Source: Cyanophora paradoxa CCMP329 | Taxonomy: Eukaryota; Plantae; Glaucophyta | Assembly (NCBI GenBank): GCA_004431415.1 | Contig: QPMI01000298.1 | Coordinates: 10,358 to 74,357, forward strand | Direction of reading: 5' to 3' | Length of the DNA stretch: 64,000 nucleotides | Shown: piece after piece, positions 60,914-64,000 of the stretch | Numbering within the stretch: the first letter of the stretch is position 1 | How the letters are laid out: every line of letters starts with the position of its first letter | Notes under the pieces: model-generated | Databases searched by the model: none | Told to the model about the DNA's origin: nothing | The model's input: only the letters and a program-made list of their open reading frames with translations | Position numbers and translations under genes: made by a program

Positions 60914-63900
60914 ATGCCGCCGCTTGCGTGGGCCCTCGAGGTCCTGGAGGCGACGTACGGGATCCTAGGCAACCCCGAGCGCAGCCTCGATGTCACCGCG
61001 GCAGTGCAGACGATCATCGACCTGCAGGGAGGCGGTGCGCGCAGCCGCCCACACAATCTCCGCGGCAGGGAGGCGGCGCTCCAGCGCGCCCCGGCCGCGC
61101 TGCGCCGCGTACCGCTCGCCTGCGACTGCCTAACGCGAGTACGTGCGCAGATCTGCTGTACATGTCCAGCAAGACGAAGAACCTGCTCGAGGGGTTCGCG
61201 GATCGGGCGATCTTCTTCCCCAAGCGCCTGCGGCTCGTCGTGCGGGAGACCTGCCTGACGCCGGGGCCCTCGGGCGAGCCCGCGGCGCTGCCGGTCGTGC
61301 GCTCCCTCACGTACGCCGAGTACGACGAGGTCTTCGTGGTCGCCGGCACCCCCGAGGGTCTGCGCGCGCCCCGCCCTGGATCCTGCAGCGGCGACGCTCC
61401 AGCGTCCGCTTTCGGAGGTTGAGGCCGGGGCCGTGGGGGCAGACCCGGTGGCGGTGGTGCGGGGGACGTACGGGCTGCTGGGCGACGTGGCCCGCTCGGC
61501 GGACGTGACGGACGTGCTGCAGATGATGCTGCACGCCGCCCGCGCCTTCCCCGACCCCCGCGCCCCCGACGGCCTCGTCCGCGTCCCCGGTGCTCCCCCC
61601 GCCCCGGCCCAACCGGCCCGCCCCGCCCGCGCGGGCAGCGAGCGGGGGGGCAGCGCACGTGAAGAAGGACAGCATCGCGGGCTTCGTGAACGCCGCCTGG
61701 GGCGTCCCGAAGCACCTCAAGGTGCCTCCGGCCCCTCCCGCGGCGCCGGGAGCTTACTCGAGGGGCGGGGCGGCGGGGGGCAGCTCTCGTACGTGGTGAA
61801 GGACCGCTTCGAGGGGCGCGCGCGGGCGCTGCTCCTCTCCGAGGCCGATGCCGTCCTCTTCCCCCTCCCCATGGACGCCGTCCCCGCCCCCGGCGACCTC
61901 CCCGCCAGGTCCCCGCCCCCGCCCCGTCGCCGGGCCGCGGGTGACACGGGGCAGCTGCCTGGGGGTGTTGACGACGGCGGCGCTGCCGTGGCACACGGGG
62001 ACGAGCATCAACCCGCTCTTCCGCGCCGTCTACGCCGCCCGTCGCGGCCTCCGCGTCCTCCTCGCCCTCCCCTGGCTCCCCGACCCCGACCAGCAGGCCC
62101 TCGTCCGCCCTCGCCCCACCCCCCGCCCGCTGCCCCGCGCCCCGACGCCGTCCGCGCAGATTTACCCGCCGGGCGTGCGGTTCGCCCGGCCCAGCGAGCA
62201 GCGCGCGTACATCGAGGACTGGCTCGTCCGCCACGTGCGCTCCCCTCCCGCCCCCGTCGCCGGCGCCGCGCCGGCCTCCGACGGGCCCCGGGGGCGCAGT
62301 GCGGGCAGGACTACCTGGACCTGGTGCGGGGCCCGCCGCCGCCCGAGGAGGACCCGCGGGGGGCGCCCTCGCCGCGGCGCCCACTGCGCCCGAACGGCTC
62401 GCTGCGGATCCTCTTCTACCGGGCGTACTACTCGCCGGCGCTGGGGAGCGTGTTCTGCGGGGAGGCGTCGGGGTGGCACGAGCTGGCGGCCTGCATGCGC
62501 CGCCTCGGGGCCCGCGCCGTCGTCCTCGAGGAGCCCGAGCACATCGGCTGGCCCGCTCCCGCCCCCGCCCCGCACCCGCTGCGCGGCCGGCCCGGCTGAG
62601 GCGCGCGGGGCGCAGGCTGACGCCGCTGTTCAAGTGGAGCGAGCACTTCGCCGCGGTGCTGGGCGTGGTGCACACGAACTACGAGGCGTACGTGCGGGAG
62701 CACGGCCCGCGCGCCACCGCCCTCACCGCCCTCCTCGCCTCCGCCTCCTTCGGCTACGACGCCGCCGCTCTCCGGGCCCGCCCCGCCCCGGCCCCCGCGC
62801 CCTCCGGCGCCGGCGCGGCTGACTCGGGGGCGGGGCAGGCGTTCAGCGCGTGGGTGGTGCGGCGCAACTGCCACCGCGTCGTGCGCCTCTCGGGGGCCGT
62901 CCCCGACGAGGCGTACCCCGGCTCCGTCGCCCTCAACCTCAACGGCGTCTCCCCCAGGTCCTCGCCCCCCGGCGCCCGCCCTCCCCGCCAGCTCCCAGCT
63001 CCTCCCCGCCCCCGCCGGCGCGGGGCCGGCGCGGGCCGCGGGCGGCCTCGCCGACGACGTCGGTGCCGCCCTCGCCGGCGCCCTCGCCGGTGCCCGGGGC
63101 GGAGGCGCCGGTCGGGCCCGGGAACGCGTACTTCGTGGGGAAGCTCGTGTGGGCGAAGGGCCTGCGCGAGCTCCTGGACGCCCTCGCCCTCCCCGAGGCC
63201 GCCGCCCCCGGCGCCCCGCCCGTCGCCCTCGACGTCTACGGCGCCGGGCCCGACCAGGACGCCATGCGCGCCTACGCCGAGCGCCTCGCCCCGCGCCTCC
63301 CTGCGGGCACCCGCGTCCGCTTCTGCGGGCCCATGGCCCTCTCGGACCCCCGCCGCCGCCTCTACTCCGTGCCCGCCCCGCCCCCTCCCTCCTCTGCTCG
63401 CCCCTCGACCCGGCGGGGCTGCCCGCGCAGGTCTTCGTGAACCCGTCGCTCTCGGAGGTCCTCTGCACCACGACCGCCGAGGCGCTCGCCATGGACCAGA
63501 TGGCAGTCCTCCCCGCCCACCCCTCCAACGCCTTCTTCACCCAGGCCCGCCCCGCCCCGCCCCTCCGCCCCGCCCCGCCCCTGACCCGCACCCCCCGCAG
63601 TTCTCCAACTGCCGCTCCTACGACCCCTCCAAGCCCGCCGAGGTGAGCGGCCCGCCCTCGCGGGGTGCGCCGTAGCTGGCGGCAGCTGCAGCTGAGGCCG
63701 GGGCGCCCCGGGGGCCCCCGCAGCTGCTCGCGTGCCTCCACGGGGCCATCCGCGACGGCGCCGCCCCGCACTCCCTCTCCGACGACGAGCGGTCCGCGCC
63801 TTCCCCGCGGAAGCTGCAAATTGCCGCGCGAGCCCTCAGCTCCCCGCAGGCACACCCTCTCGTGGCACGCCGCGACGGAGCGCCTCTTCTCCGTCCTCCC

Positions 63901-63925
63901 CGGCCCAGAGTGGGATCTGCTCTGA
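60914..63925 (+). CDS. DGD: Eukaryotic-type digalactosyldiacylglycerol synthase (GT4) with an N-terminal tandem extra domain
   Basis: [19 protein letters not shown]; LEEPEH; GVVHTNY; CHRVVRLS; [12 protein letters not shown]; [21 protein letters not shown]; HPSNAFF; [10 protein letters not shown]. Confidence 0.92.
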
Positions 63926-64000
63926 TCATGATGCGCTCGCGATCGTGGACATGCATTCATGTGCACAGGAAACGTTGTGAGCGAGCGTTGCGCTTACACT

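Overview
This is eukaryotic nuclear DNA: very GC-rich, gene-dense and rich in short (~50-90 nt) spliceosomal introns, so most long ORFs in the supplied track are artefacts. Two plastid-targeted proteins with Phe-containing N-termini (MAAF.., MAF..) plus a cilium-associated TSNAXIP1-like gene point to a flagellate primary alga, most plausibly a glaucophyte such as Cyanophora (inference). About 22 host genes can be traced, mostly in head-to-head pairs: copine, RMI1, a USP37-like deubiquitinase, DUF218, TSNAXIP1-like, CGFS glutaredoxin, RTF2, CNOT9, HCF164, a class I PDE, GT61, an SDR, a GRIPAP1-like coiled coil with three 846-bp repeats, RPS23, PABP, CapA-family and a DGDG synthase. Highlights: (1) an apparently intact 3.6-kb Ginger2/TDD-type DNA transposon (720-4341) with perfect 109-bp TIRs, a 5-bp TSD, a spliced integrase carrying an unusual insertion, and a convergent second ORF. 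(2) A local duplication (52456-52982 vs 53605-54132) in which the multi-base differences in the decayed copy create short perfect palindromes; this matches the palindrome-dense intergenic DNA and suggests a palindrome-generating mutational or repair process. (3) A very high rate of GC-AG introns, many C-rich before and G-rich after the branch point. All gene models were spliced by eye and no searches were run.
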